Notes: a model not told the origin generated them from the letters alone. A stretch of 64,000 nucleotides of DNA from Clostridia bacterium (GCA_024653205.1 JANLFO010000005.1:65284-129283); one strand, 5' to 3'. Positions 45,994-54,985 are shown, counted from the first letter of the stretch. Made by a program: numbers and translations.

Positions 45994-46429
45994 AGACTTG
46001 GTAGTAGACGCCAGCGTGATCCTGGCCGCCTGCTTCCCCGACGAAAAGGCTCCCCAGGCCTTGCGGCTGATGGAAGACTACGCCACCGGCAGGGTGGACC
46101 TCTGGGCGCCGAGGCTGCTGGCTCTGGAGTTTATCAACGCCTGCCTGGTCGCCAGAAGACGAAGCCGCATCGGTGACCCCCTCCTCGACAACCTGGTTGA
46201 CCACTTCCTCGCCCTGGAAATCCGTTGGGTCGGCGTGGAAAAGAACGCCCGGCAGGTGCTTGCGCTCGCGAAGGAGTACGGCCTTACGTCCTACGACGCC
46301 GCCTACGTGGCCGCGGCGAAAATCCTGGGGTGCAGGATGGTCACCGGCGACCGCGGGCTCTACAACGCCGTGAGAAACGGCCTCCCGTTTGTCGTGCCTC
46401 TGGAACGTTACGGCGAAGAATGGAGGTAG
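45983..46429 (+). CDS. vapC: PIN-domain ribonuclease toxin (VapC family)
   Basis: LVVDASVILA (first acidic residue), LTSYDAAYVAAA and MVTGDRGL. Overlaps the antitoxin stop by 11 nt. Confidence 0.85.
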   Translation: MSTKDLVVDASVILAACFPDEKAPQALRLMEDYATGRVDLWAPRLLALEFINACLVARRRSRIGDPLLDNLVDHFLALEIRWVGVEKNARQVLALAKEYGLTSYDAAYVAAAKILGCRMVTGDRGLYNAVRNGLPFVVPLERYGEEWR

Positions 46430-46640
46430 GGATAGGATGTTACTTCCCCCCGCGCCGGATGGCGTCCCAATCTTGGCCTTTCCAGGTGGGGCGGGCCCAG
46501 TCCAGGTAGGGCGTGCCCAAACCGCCGCCCCAGGACGGGAGGGAGTGGGGCAGGTCGCGGGCCGGGCGGCGGGGCCGGAGTAGCGGTAGCGGCCTCGGCC
46601 GGCGTCCCAGCAGGCAGGAAATTATACCAGGGGGAATTTA

Positions 46641-46689
46641 CACATCCAGGAGGTCACAGGTTCAAATCCTGTCAGCCCCACCAGGAAAG
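46641..46689 (+). repeat. direct repeat copy 2 (attR-like), an orphan tRNA-Val 3' half
   Basis: CACATCCAGGAGGTCACAGGTTCAAATCCTGTCAGCCCCACCAGGAAAG with no matching 5' half. It is not a functional tRNA. Confidence 0.85.
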
Positions 46690-47008
46690 TCAAGGGCTTG
46701 CGGGTTTGCCAACAGTCCCCAGGAGCCGGTTTGATGCAACCGTGATGCAACCGGAACCGAAAGCCCCGGGGCCGCAACCCTTCTAACCCGCAATAAAAAG
46801 ACCGCCAGGGTGCCAGCCTGGTGACACACTTGCGCCTTGGCTACGGTGAGCGCTGCTTACCGGCAATGGCGATATTGCGCGTCACCGCCTTAACGTTCTT
46901 GAGCAGTATTCCCTGTTTCGCCACGTCCTTCTGCTTCCCTTATGTCCACCTTGACTTAAGAAGATTAACTAACGGCCTTTATACCTGGGCCACCCTACTC
47001 CTCTCCCC

Positions 47009-47317
47009 CTAACAGTTTCGGTGGCTCTTCCTTGGCCGGATAGACGGCTTAGCGGCTCTTGCCCAATAGACATCTCCCCTCGGCCCTATGGCGGTGACAA
47101 CAAACCACCTTTGCTCCCTATCCACCATAATCAGCACCCTCCGGTCTCCTGCCCGCAGACTCCATTCCGGTCGGCCCTTGAGAGGCTTGACCGGCACCTG
47201 CCACGGGTTTTCCTGAAGCTTCTGGAGAGCATTCAGTATCCGCTCCTGCTCCTTTCGGGGCAGTTTCTCCAGGTAGCGCCGGGCCGGCCGGAGGATGACC
47301 ACCTGCCACTCAGCCAC
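47009..47317 (-). CDS. RelE/ParE-family type II toxin
   Basis: WQVVILRPARRYLEKLPRKEQERILNALQKLQENP ... LKGRPEWSLRAGDRRVLIMVDREQRWFVVTAIGPRGDVY. Confidence 0.8.
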   Translation of the reverse strand: MAEWQVVILRPARRYLEKLPRKEQERILNALQKLQENPWQVPVKPLKGRPEWSLRAGDRRVLIMVDREQRWFVVTAIGPRGDVYWARAAKPSIRPRKSHRNC

Positions 47318-47576
47318 GTTCTTCCTCCAGGAGTTCCTGTCTCACTTTTTCCAGGGGTTCTCCCTTGTCCAAACCGGCGAGGTAGGCCTGCCAGGCCGTT
47401 TCACTTGCCTTCGCTTCTTCGGGGGTTAGAGGCTCGTCAAACTCTACCCCGCGGCGCCCGCTTTGGACACCGGCGTCCGGGCGTGGCCCAGGCAGGCCTT
47501 CAATTGATGTTTTCCCGTTGCCTGCTCGCTCTTCCCGTGGTACGATGACCTCGGGAGGGGGACAGGATGGCATGCC
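47310..47576 (-). CDS. putative cognate antitoxin of the RelE-like toxin
   Basis: Overlaps the toxin start by 8 nt. Acidic C-terminus (EAKASETAWQAYLAGLDKGEPLEKVRQELLEEERG). The start is uncertain and there is no clear Shine-Dalgarno sequence. Confidence 0.45.
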   Translation of the reverse strand, partial: GMPSCPPPEVIVPREERAGNGKTSIEGLPGPRPDAGVQSGRRGVEFDEPLTPEEAKASETAWQAYLAGLDKGEPLEKVRQELLEEERG

Positions 47577-47663
47577 GGAAGAAGCAGGAGCCTCCCTGGC
47601 CCAACACTCGGTCCGACAGGCCATAGCCGGTCTGTACCCCTCGGTAACGAAGGAGAAGCGACA

Positions 47664-48065
47664 GTGGAGTACCCAGACGTGGAAGCCTACGCCGAGGCGT
47701 GGAAGAGGCGCCTGGCCGAAGAGGAGGCCCGGGGACGGGAACTCGCCGCCCGGGCGGAGGAAACCGCCAGGCGCGTGGCCTCGACCCTGGTGGAGCGGTA
47801 CGGGGCCGCCGAGGTTTGGCTGTTCGGCTCCCTGGCCCGGGGCCGCTTCCGGCCCGGCTCGGACATAGACCTTGCGGCCCGGCGCCTGCCTGCCCGGGAG
47901 TACTTCCGCATCCTCTCGGAGATAAACGCGGACCAGGAATTCGACCTGGACTTAATCGACCTCGACGCCTGCCCGCCCTGGCTGGCCGAGGCGGTGCGTC
48001 AGCAGGGCCGGCTCCTGGCCCGCCGTGACCAACCGGAAGGAGAGCCGCGCCGTGAAGGCCCGTAG
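47664..48065 (+). CDS. minimal nucleotidyltransferase (MNT/MntA-like), pair 1
   Basis: GSLARGRFRPGSDIDL, matching the pol-beta NTase GSx(n)D[IV]D motif. Confidence 0.85.
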   Translation: MEYPDVEAYAEAWKRRLAEEEARGRELAARAEETARRVASTLVERYGAAEVWLFGSLARGRFRPGSDIDLAARRLPAREYFRILSEINADQEFDLDLIDLDACPPWLAEAVRQQGRLLARRDQPEGEPRREGP

Positions 48066-48558
48066 CCGGGAGAGCCTCCTGGAAACCGTCGCCCAGCTCG
48101 ACCGCCTCCTGGAGGCCTTAGACATCACCGTACGGGAGGCCGAAGCCAAGGCGAAGGATTTCGCCCGCACCCCGCCTACGGCCTTTGACCTCCGGGGCCT
48201 CGGCAGCTTGGTCCACGATTTCTACACCGCCATAGAGGACGTTTTTGAACTCATCGCCGGAGATATAAACGGGAGCTTGCCGGAAACTCTCCAATGGCAC
48301 AAGCAGCTTCTTAACCGCATGACGCTGGAGGTGCCCGAGGTCCGGCCACCGGTAATCTCCAAAGGCCTGGCGCGCACCCTGGACGAGTACCTGCGCTTCC
48401 GGCACGTATTCCGAAACGTATACGGGTATATGCTGGATTGGGAGCGGCTGAGGCCGTTGCTGAACCGGATCCCTGCCGTCTACAACCGGTTCCGCGAGGA
48501 GATCAGTGCTTTTCGCCGGTTCCTCTTGGGCCTAGCCCATAAGCTGGGGGCAGAGTAG
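48052..48558 (+). CDS. about 168-aa helical partner of MNT (HEPN-like position; non-canonical motif), pair 1
   Basis: GTG start 7 nt after GGAAGGAGAG; overlaps the MNT stop. Shares with its paralog HDFY..IE..F, LPE..WH..LL..MTL..P.VRP and RFRHVFRNVYG. Confidence 0.7.
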   Translation: MKARSRESLLETVAQLDRLLEALDITVREAEAKAKDFARTPPTAFDLRGLGSLVHDFYTAIEDVFELIAGDINGSLPETLQWHKQLLNRMTLEVPEVRPPVISKGLARTLDEYLRFRHVFRNVYGYMLDWERLRPLLNRIPAVYNRFREEISAFRRFLLGLAHKLGAE

Positions 48559-48816
48559 CGCCAGCCCGGAGGCTTAGCCGGCATCCCACGGTCCTCTTTG
48601 CCCAACTTTGACGCCGCCACCCGCGGCCCCGCATTACGATGTGGGCCCGCCCACCGGGGCCGGTTGTTTTCCGATCGGGACGGTGATATGATCACCCAGA
48701 GGAGAGCGCGTGGCCGGGCGGCAAGGGGTGAAAAAGGCCCCGTCCAGAGGAGTGATGGCGCGGTGGTGCCCCGAAGGACATCAGAATTGGAGAAAAGGCG
48801 GCCGCAGAGCACTATT

Positions 48817-49191
48817 ATGCCGCCGGACGGAGACCTCGCCTGGGCAGCCATCCGCCGGGAGTGGGCCCGACGAGCCGCGATCAAGAAGCGAGCTGAAGAG
48901 GAAAGGCGCGCTCTGGCCCTACAAAAGGCCAAGGCGGTAGCCTCCCACCTCAAGAGACATTACGGCGCCGGGCAGGTGTACCTCTACGGCTCCCTGGTTT
49001 GGGGCAGGCATTTCACCGTTCAGTCCGATATAGACCTTCTGGTGGAGGGCTTTCCTAAGGGAAGTAACTTCTGGCGGTCCCTGGTAGAGGCGGAGGAGCT
49101 GGCGGCGCCTTTCGCCGTCAGCCTGGTTCCGGCAGAAGACGCCTCGCCCTCGCTGTTGGCCCGCGCCACCCGGGAGGGGCTGCGTCTATGA
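48817..49191 (+). CDS. minimal nucleotidyltransferase (MNT/MntA-like), pair 2
   Basis: GSLVWGRHFTVQSDIDLLV. The N-terminus aligns with the pair-1 NTase. Confidence 0.8.
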   Translation: MPPDGDLAWAAIRREWARRAAIKKRAEEERRALALQKAKAVASHLKRHYGAGQVYLYGSLVWGRHFTVQSDIDLLVEGFPKGSNFWRSLVEAEELAAPFAVSLVPAEDASPSLLARATREGLRL

Positions 49192-49712
49192 CCAGGAAGG
49201 AGCTTCTCCTGCTTATAAGCCGGCTGGAAGAAGAACTGAACAACATCGCCGGGCTGGAGCAGGAACTACGCGAAAAGGGGTACTGGCCCGCCGGCCGTAC
49301 AGGATCAAAGTCCCGGGCACCTGCCTTTCCCGCCGGGGACACCTTCACCTTGAGGGCCATCGGTTCCGTCCTCCACGATTTCTACGTGGCCGCCGAAAAC
49401 CTCTTCCAAGCTATAGCCCGCGAACTAGACGAGAAGCTGCCCGAAGGCCCCACCTGGCACCATGCCCTACTCCGCCAGATGACCCTCACCATTCCCGGCG
49501 TTCGCCCGGCAGTGTTGCGCAAGGAAACGGCACAACGGCTGGACGACTTCCGCGCCTTCCGGCACCTGTTCCGAAATGTGTACGGGTTCAACCTGAGTGC
49601 GGAGAAGCTGCGCGACCTCCTGCTCAAGCTGCCCCCAACCGCAGCCGCCCTTCGCCGCGACGTGGAGCAGTTCATAGCCGCCCTGCGGGCCAACCTGCCC
49701 GAAGAGGATTAG
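49188..49712 (+). CDS. about 174-aa helical partner of MNT, pair 2 (paralog of 48052..48558)
   Basis: ATGA start/stop overlap with the NTase gene. Motif block AFRHLFRNVYGFNL. Confidence 0.75.
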   Translation: MTRKELLLLISRLEEELNNIAGLEQELREKGYWPAGRTGSKSRAPAFPAGDTFTLRAIGSVLHDFYVAAENLFQAIARELDEKLPEGPTWHHALLRQMTLTIPGVRPAVLRKETAQRLDDFRAFRHLFRNVYGFNLSAEKLRDLLLKLPPTAAALRRDVEQFIAALRANLPEED

Positions 49713-49974
49713 CCTTTCACTTTCCATCGACTAGAACGCCGGCTGCTTGCCTAATCCCTTTTTGTCTGATATTCTGAGACTCGGAGGGACCGCAGATGAG
49801 CGGAGAACCCGGCTGGGGAGCCCACAAGGCCATCCTGGTCAGGGGCCTGCTCGCCTGATACGGGTCCGGGTCAGGCGGGTCCCGGCGGCAGGTCGGAACG
49901 GCCAGGAAAGAAACAGGCGTGGAGCCGCAATGGGCTCGCCCTCTCCCGCCCGACTAATTAAGGAGGTAACAGTC

Positions 49975-50259
49975 TTGCTCAAGGTCGAAATCACCCCGGA
50001 GGCGCAAGATTTCATCCGCGAGTTTTCCGACACCATTACCGTGCAGATGCAGGTCTGCGGCACCTGCGGCAGGATGAGGGGCGAGGCCGCCGTATACGTG
50101 GGAGCACCGGACCCGGCGGACAGGTACAACCGGGTCGAAGTCGAGGGCATTACCGTATACCTGCCCAAGAGGGCGGTCATCTCCAAGGAGGGCCTGCGCC
50201 TGTCCCTGGCGGAATGGGAGGGCGAGAAAGGCGTACTGGTGGAGGGCCTGCTGGGCTAG
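49975..50259 (+). CDS. small Cys-motif protein (HesB-like / CC-motif-like small scaffold family; uncertain)
   Basis: TTG start 8 nt after AAGGAGG. KVEITPEAQDFI...ITVQMQVCGTCG...YNRVEVEGITVYLP has an architecture reminiscent of small Fe-S/Se-motif proteins. Confidence 0.45.
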   Translation: MLKVEITPEAQDFIREFSDTITVQMQVCGTCGRMRGEAAVYVGAPDPADRYNRVEVEGITVYLPKRAVISKEGLRLSLAEWEGEKGVLVEGLLG

Positions 50260-50361
50260 CCGGCTTTTGCCTCCTCCAGGGTTGAAAGCTCTTCGCAGCC
50301 GCGGCGGCGGTCGTATCCCTGCGCCTCAGGTCCGGGGAGCAGGCCTGCCGGCCGCGGCCCG

Positions 50362-50637
50362 TCATTTACCCGCTTGCGGAAACTCCTGGCAAGCCGCCGT
50401 TGTTGCCTCCGACGCGTCCGGCAATCGAACAACACCGATCCGGACCCCATGTGCCGCTATTTGGCCAAAGTCCTTGTCTACCGTCACAACCACGCGCTTC
50501 TCCTCTGCCGCCCACTGCAGGACTTCATCGTCTCCCATCTGGGGGTTGCGGCTCCTAACCTCCGCCACATCGTGGCCCAACTCCCGGAGCCATATCGCGA
50601 GCTTTGTACCCGCCCAAACATCCACGAGGAACCTCAA
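50362..50637 (-). CDS. DUF5615-family PIN-like putative toxin
   Basis: RFLVDVWAGTKLAIWLRELGHDVAEV...DDEVLQWAAEEKRVVVTVDKDF matches the DUF5615 (Mut7-C-like) pattern. Confidence 0.7.
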   Translation of the reverse strand: MRFLVDVWAGTKLAIWLRELGHDVAEVRSRNPQMGDDEVLQWAAEEKRVVVTVDKDFGQIAAHGVRIGVVRLPDASEATTAACQEFPQAGK

Positions 50638-50792
50638 CGGGCTCCCTCCACGCGTACCGCACTCAGGTCCTCATTGCCGACCAGAGCCCGCGCGTAGGCT
50701 AGGCAGGCCCGGATGTCGTCGCCGGTCCGACCCGTTGCCCTGTCCCGGGCACCTGACAAGATCCTACCGAGCAGGTTCTGGTAACGCCACAA
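50634..50792 (-). pseudogene. N-terminally truncated DUF433-like antitoxin remnant
   Basis: The hand-translated tail ...GRTGDDIRACLAYARALVGNEDLSAVRVEGAR* resembles the DUF433 C-terminus. Its TGA stop overlaps the toxin TTG start. Only about 52 codons fit before the neuA-like stop at 50828. Confidence 0.35.
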
Positions 50793-50827
50793 ACAGGCGC
50801 CGGGTAATCGGTTTCCTCCCTGTCGGT

Positions 50828-51544
50828 CTATGCCTCGATCCCGACGCTCAGACGCGCCGCCAGCACCTCTGCCAAGGCGAAATCAACGGCATCATCAATG
50901 TCAACCGATCTCTCCTTCGGCATCACGTAGGCATAGGTGCGCGGTCCGTACCAGTGCTCGCGGCTGCGGATGAAGCCCCAGTCCGCCAGGTAGATCGCGC
51001 CGTTAAGGCGGTAGTACTTCGGCAGCTCCTGGCGGTTGGCGCTCCGCACCTCCGGCCGCAGGAAACCGTCCATGCACCCGTCCTCGGGCAGGGTGTTGCT
51101 CAGCCAGGGGTGGTGATCGACCTCGCATACCGAAACCACGGCCTCGGCCTGCCGCTCGACCATTAGCGAGCACGCGTTCCTGATGTCTTCCGGGCTGCGC
51201 AGAGGACTGGTAGGCTGAAGAACCATTACCCAGGAGAAGCGCATACCGGCGGACTCGCACCAGGCCATGGCGTGATGCACGACGGCTATGCCTTTGGCCT
51301 CGTCGGTGGCCAGGTGAGCGGGGCGCAAGAAGGGAACCGCAGCGCCGGCCGCCGCGGCGACGCTCGCGATCTCGCTGCTATCGGTAGACACCAGTAGGTA
51401 GTCCAACACCCCGCTGCCGAGGGCGGCCTCGATGGTATGAACAATCAGCGGCTTGCCGGCCAGCCGCCGCAGATTCTTGCCCGGCAAACCCTTCGACCCG
51501 GCCCGGGCCGGTATCAACCCCAGCACCGACCTTCCCTGATACAA
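50828..51544 (-). CDS. neuA: acylneuraminate (nonulosonate) cytidylyltransferase, CMP-sugar synthetase
   Basis: LGLIPARAGSKGLPGKNL N-terminal signature of the CMP-NeuAc/Leg synthetase family. Confidence 0.85.
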   Translation of the reverse strand: MYQGRSVLGLIPARAGSKGLPGKNLRRLAGKPLIVHTIEAALGSGVLDYLLVSTDSSEIASVAAAAGAAVPFLRPAHLATDEAKGIAVVHHAMAWCESAGMRFSWVMVLQPTSPLRSPEDIRNACSLMVERQAEAVVSVCEVDHHPWLSNTLPEDGCMDGFLRPEVRSANRQELPKYYRLNGAIYLADWGFIRSREHWYGPRTYAYVMPKERSVDIDDAVDFALAEVLAARLSVGIEA

Positions 51545-51554
51545 CGGCGGCCAC

Positions 51555-52619
51555 CTACCCAGAAAAGTCCAATGCCTTCAAGGTTTGGCGATACTCCTCC
51601 CACTGGCCCACGTCAAACCAGCGCCCGTGATGGGGGAACACGCCGACCTTAAGACCGTGGTGCTTGGCCCGCAGGATCAGCTCCGGCATGTCCAGCGGCA
51701 CACCCGGTGTAACCAGCTCCAGCGCCGCCGGTTCCAGCACGTAGACGCCCGCGTTTACCAGGAAGTGAAAGCTGGGCTTCTCCTCAATGCCGGAAAGCTC
51801 CTCACCCTCGATCTGCAGGACACCGTAGGGAACCGTGAAGTCGCGGAGCGAGCCGACCACGGTTACCTGGTGCCGACGGTCGGCGTGATAGCGCAGCAGG
51901 CTGGAATAATCCATTTCCAGAATAACGTCACAGTTGGTGACCACAAAGGTGCCCTCTAGTTTCTGGCGGACAAGCCCCAAGGCTCCCGCCGTCCCGAGGG
52001 GATCGGCCTCCTGTACGAACTCCACCTGATACGGCCTGCCGTTACCCTCGGCGAAATAAAGCCTCACCACCTCGGCCTTATAACCGAGGGTGAGGATGAA
52101 GCGATCGAAGCCCTGGTCGTAGAGCCTGTCCATGATCACCTCGACGATGGGCTTGTCTCCCAGAGGCAGCATGGGCTTGGGAAGTATCTTGGTAAACGGG
52201 TCAAGCCGCGCCCCCTTCCCGCCCGCCATGATGACTACCGGCTCCGGGCGGGCCGGGCGCTTCAGGCCGAAGAGATCGACCCAAAGCAGGAGATCCACCA
52301 CGCGGTCTTCTTCATCCACCAAGGGAACGTGGCGGATGCTGTAGGCCAGCATCATTTCCCGGGCGGCCTGGAGAGGAGTTCCTACCGGCAGCACCTTGGG
52401 CTGCGGATGCATGATCCTGCTTACCGGGGCGTTGAGGGTCTCGCCTCTCAGCAGGGCCCGCCTCACGTCACCGTCGGTCACGATCCCCAGAAGGCGCCGC
52501 CGGGCGTCTACTACCAGCATTACCTGAAGACCGGCGGCATCCATGCGCGGGAGCACCCTGGCGAGAGGCTCGGCGGGTTCGGCCATGACTTCCTGAAGCT
52601 TGTCCTCCCTGAAACCCAC
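51555..52619 (-). CDS. CBS-pair plus sugar-1-phosphate nucleotidyltransferase (PtmE-like)
   Basis: Two CBS motifs (GIVTDGDVRRALL, HVPLVDEEDRVVDLL), then IMAGGKGARLDPFTKILPKPMLPLG. Confidence 0.8.
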   Translation of the reverse strand: MGFREDKLQEVMAEPAEPLARVLPRMDAAGLQVMLVVDARRRLLGIVTDGDVRRALLRGETLNAPVSRIMHPQPKVLPVGTPLQAAREMMLAYSIRHVPLVDEEDRVVDLLLWVDLFGLKRPARPEPVVIMAGGKGARLDPFTKILPKPMLPLGDKPIVEVIMDRLYDQGFDRFILTLGYKAEVVRLYFAEGNGRPYQVEFVQEADPLGTAGALGLVRQKLEGTFVVTNCDVILEMDYSSLLRYHADRRHQVTVVGSLRDFTVPYGVLQIEGEELSGIEEKPSFHFLVNAGVYVLEPAALELVTPGVPLDMPELILRAKHHGLKVGVFPHHGRWFDVGQWEEYRQTLKALDFSG

Positions 52620-52636
52620 TGCCTCTCCCCCCTTGC

Positions 52637-53650
52637 CTACACCATGTCCCAGGTCAGGACCGTGCCGGCCGGAATGTCAACCCGCGCCCGGCGACCCACC
52701 ACCAGATCCCAGTAGACCGGCGAAATGCCCGTACCCGGGCGCTTCACCGCCAGGCACTGCTCGGTGATGACCTCTCCGGCGGCGATGTCCCGCCTGGCGA
52801 CCAAGCTGCGACGAGCGGCCGGCATTATGGCCAGCTCGCCTGCGGTAGGCCGCTTTAGGCCGTCGCCCAGGCAGACCTCGACTTCCCTTATGTACCTCAC
52901 CATGGTCCTGAATTCTTCCGGCTCCAGCGAGGCCCGGTGATCCGGGCCGGGCAGGTTCCGGTCCAAGGTAAGGTGCTTCTCAATCGCCACGGCACCCAAG
53001 GCTATTGCCGCCACCGCCGCCGCGGGGCCCGGGGTGTGGTCGGAGTAGCCTACCGGAAGGCCGAAGGCGCGGCGCATGGTCTCTATGGCCCGCAGATTGA
53101 CCTCCTGAGGAGGCGTGGGGTAATTGGTGGTGCAGTGGAGGAGCACGATGTCGCCGCAGCCCCCAGAGCGCAGCAGGTTAACCGCGCCCTCTACTTCTCC
53201 CAAGGTGGCCATGCCGGTAGAAAGGATTACCGGCCGGCCTTTCCCGGCCACATGGCGCAGGTACGGATAGTTGGTTATCTCACCGGACGGTACCTTGAGA
53301 TAGGGCACTCCCAAATCACACAGAAAGTCCACGCTCTCCAGGTCAAAGGCCGAAGAAATGAAGGTGATGCCCTTCTCCCGGCAGTAATCGAAGACTTTTT
53401 TGAGCTCCTCATGGCCCAGTTCGACGCGCCTGATCATCTCCAGCTGGCTTTCGTCCCTCTCCGGCTCGTTGGCTCGCTGGTAGGCCGCCCGCTCGGCGGC
53501 CGCCGTGGCCACCTCTTCCGCCCTGAAGGCCTGAAACTTCACCGCGTCCGCGCCGGCATAGACGGCGGCGTCCACCAGCCGCCTGGCCAGCTCCGGGTCG
53601 CCGTTGTGGTTTACGCCCGCTTCGGCGATTATGAACACCCTATTCCACAT
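52637..53650 (-). CDS. neuB: N-acetylneuraminate/legionaminate synthase (NeuB family)
   Basis: FIIAEAGVNHNGD, DAVKFQ, and a C-terminal SAF domain. ATG after GAGAGGTG. Confidence 0.9.
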   Translation of the reverse strand: MWNRVFIIAEAGVNHNGDPELARRLVDAAVYAGADAVKFQAFRAEEVATAAAERAAYQRANEPERDESQLEMIRRVELGHEELKKVFDYCREKGITFISSAFDLESVDFLCDLGVPYLKVPSGEITNYPYLRHVAGKGRPVILSTGMATLGEVEGAVNLLRSGGCGDIVLLHCTTNYPTPPQEVNLRAIETMRRAFGLPVGYSDHTPGPAAAVAAIALGAVAIEKHLTLDRNLPGPDHRASLEPEEFRTMVRYIREVEVCLGDGLKRPTAGELAIMPAARRSLVARRDIAAGEVITEQCLAVKRPGTGISPVYWDLVVGRRARVDIPAGTVLTWDMV

Positions 53651-53788
53651 GGAAGAGGCACCTCTCTTCCCATGGTCATGAGCAGTGGCACGCCTGGGCA
53701 AAGCCAAAGCCGAACCAAATCCTCATTTTGCGGAAAGAGGACCCCCCTGCCCGAGCATACGGCAGGAATCGCCCCAGGTTTACCACGC

Positions 53789-54985
53789 CTACTGTTCGAA
53801 ACTGTCAACGACTTCGTCTCGCGGACCTGGTACCATCAGGTCAACGAAGTCTTTATACAGAACCCGGCTATTCCTCGTAACGCCATCCAGCACCGCGAGT
53901 ATGCGGGGCACTGCGTAGCCATCGCCGTAAGGCGAAAGACAATCAGAAAGCTGCTGGCGGTAATGCTCGTCGCACAAGAGCCGACTAACAGTGGCAGTTA
54001 TCGAGGTGACGTCGAAGGGGACGTACACTACGTTGGTGGAATGTTCGCGCTCGGACTGCCTATTCCCGATGTTTACCACGGGAAGTCTCAAGTAGGGAGC
54101 CTCGTGAATACCGGCACTCGAATTGCCAATCAGGCACGTAGCATGCCTAAGCAGATTAACGAATACGTTCCGGGGCAGATTAGGAAAGGGGTGAATAAAA
54201 TCGTTGGCTTGAGCATATAAGTCTATTGTCTCGATCATCTTTCTAGTACCCGCATCCGAATTCGGGTAAACAACCACTGTGGGTACCCGCAGCGAACATA
54301 TTGCCCGCAGAGTGATATCCATCTGGTTTGCCGCTTGCTGGTATTCTGAAGATATGGGGTGTTGAATTAGCACAACGAACCTGTCACCCAGGTGAATACC
54401 AAGCGCGTCCTCTATCTCCTGCAAACTGAGCCACGGCTCCTTACGAATCCCGTCAAGACCAGGGGAACCAGTCACATGCACTCGCCATGGCTCCTCGCCC
54501 ATCTGAATAATCCTCTGGCCGCTGCGTTTGGTAAACGCGCAGTGTATATGAGCGAGCTTTGTAACCGAATGCCTAACATGATCGTCTACATTACCGAGTA
54601 CCCGATCCCCTCCGCCCAAGTGCACAACCGGGACATTCATGTAATTGCCCACTATCGCTGTCGCCAGCGCCTCCTCGCGGTCGCCCAAGGTGAGGAGGAT
54701 ATCGGGGTCGTGCCGTCTGACCGCCTCTGCGAGTTCCATTACGATAAGGCCCAGCCCTTTAACCCTGCCAAGCGGCTCGTCGTTATCAAACAAGGAGAGT
54801 ATCCTCTCCACCGAGCCGAACCGCCGTTCAATAATCTCAACAGTATATCCATAACGGTGACTTAAGTGCGCGCCAGTTGCCACAATCCATAGGTCAAAGC
54901 GTGCGCTTGCCACTAGTTCGTCCAGCAACGGCTCCATTAGAAAATACTCAGAGCGGATTCCTGTTACCGCCAGGACCCTCTGCAC
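53789..54985 (-). CDS. neuC: UDP/GDP-N-acetylglucosamine 2-epimerase (hydrolysing), NeuC/LegG family
   Basis: VLAVTGIRSEY, LGDREEALATA, VVHLGGGD and GNSSAGIHEAP. Confidence 0.85.
   Translation of the reverse strand: MQRVLAVTGIRSEYFLMEPLLDELVASARFDLWIVATGAHLSHRYGYTVEIIERRFGSVERILSLFDNDEPLGRVKGLGLIVMELAEAVRRHDPDILLTLGDREEALATAIVGNYMNVPVVHLGGGDRVLGNVDDHVRHSVTKLAHIHCAFTKRSGQRIIQMGEEPWRVHVTGSPGLDGIRKEPWLSLQEIEDALGIHLGDRFVVLIQHPISSEYQQAANQMDITLRAICSLRVPTVVVYPNSDAGTRKMIETIDLYAQANDFIHPFPNLPRNVFVNLLRHATCLIGNSSAGIHEAPYLRLPVVNIGNRQSEREHSTNVVYVPFDVTSITATVSRLLCDEHYRQQLSDCLSPYGDGYAVPRILAVLDGVTRNSRVLYKDFVDLMVPGPRDEVVDSFEQ

Larger units (their letters stand above)
43865..46640. mobile_element. decayed tRNA-Val-integrated mobilizable element remnant (no integrase retained)
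   Basis: Bracketed by the tRNA-Val 3'-half direct repeats. Carries a truncated VirD4/TraG-like gene, an RHH/Mob-like gene with an apparent frameshift, an oriT-like hairpin cluster and a Phd/VapC addiction module. Confidence 0.5.

Noticed and set aside
46430-47008. Search for an integrase or other gene between vapC, the orphan tRNA-Val half and relE. The region includes a short GATGCAACCG x2 direct repeat at about 46724-46744 and small minus-strand ORF fragments.
   Set aside because: Only fragments of 30 codons or fewer are present, with no tyrosine- or serine-recombinase motifs. They are treated as non-coding remnant DNA.
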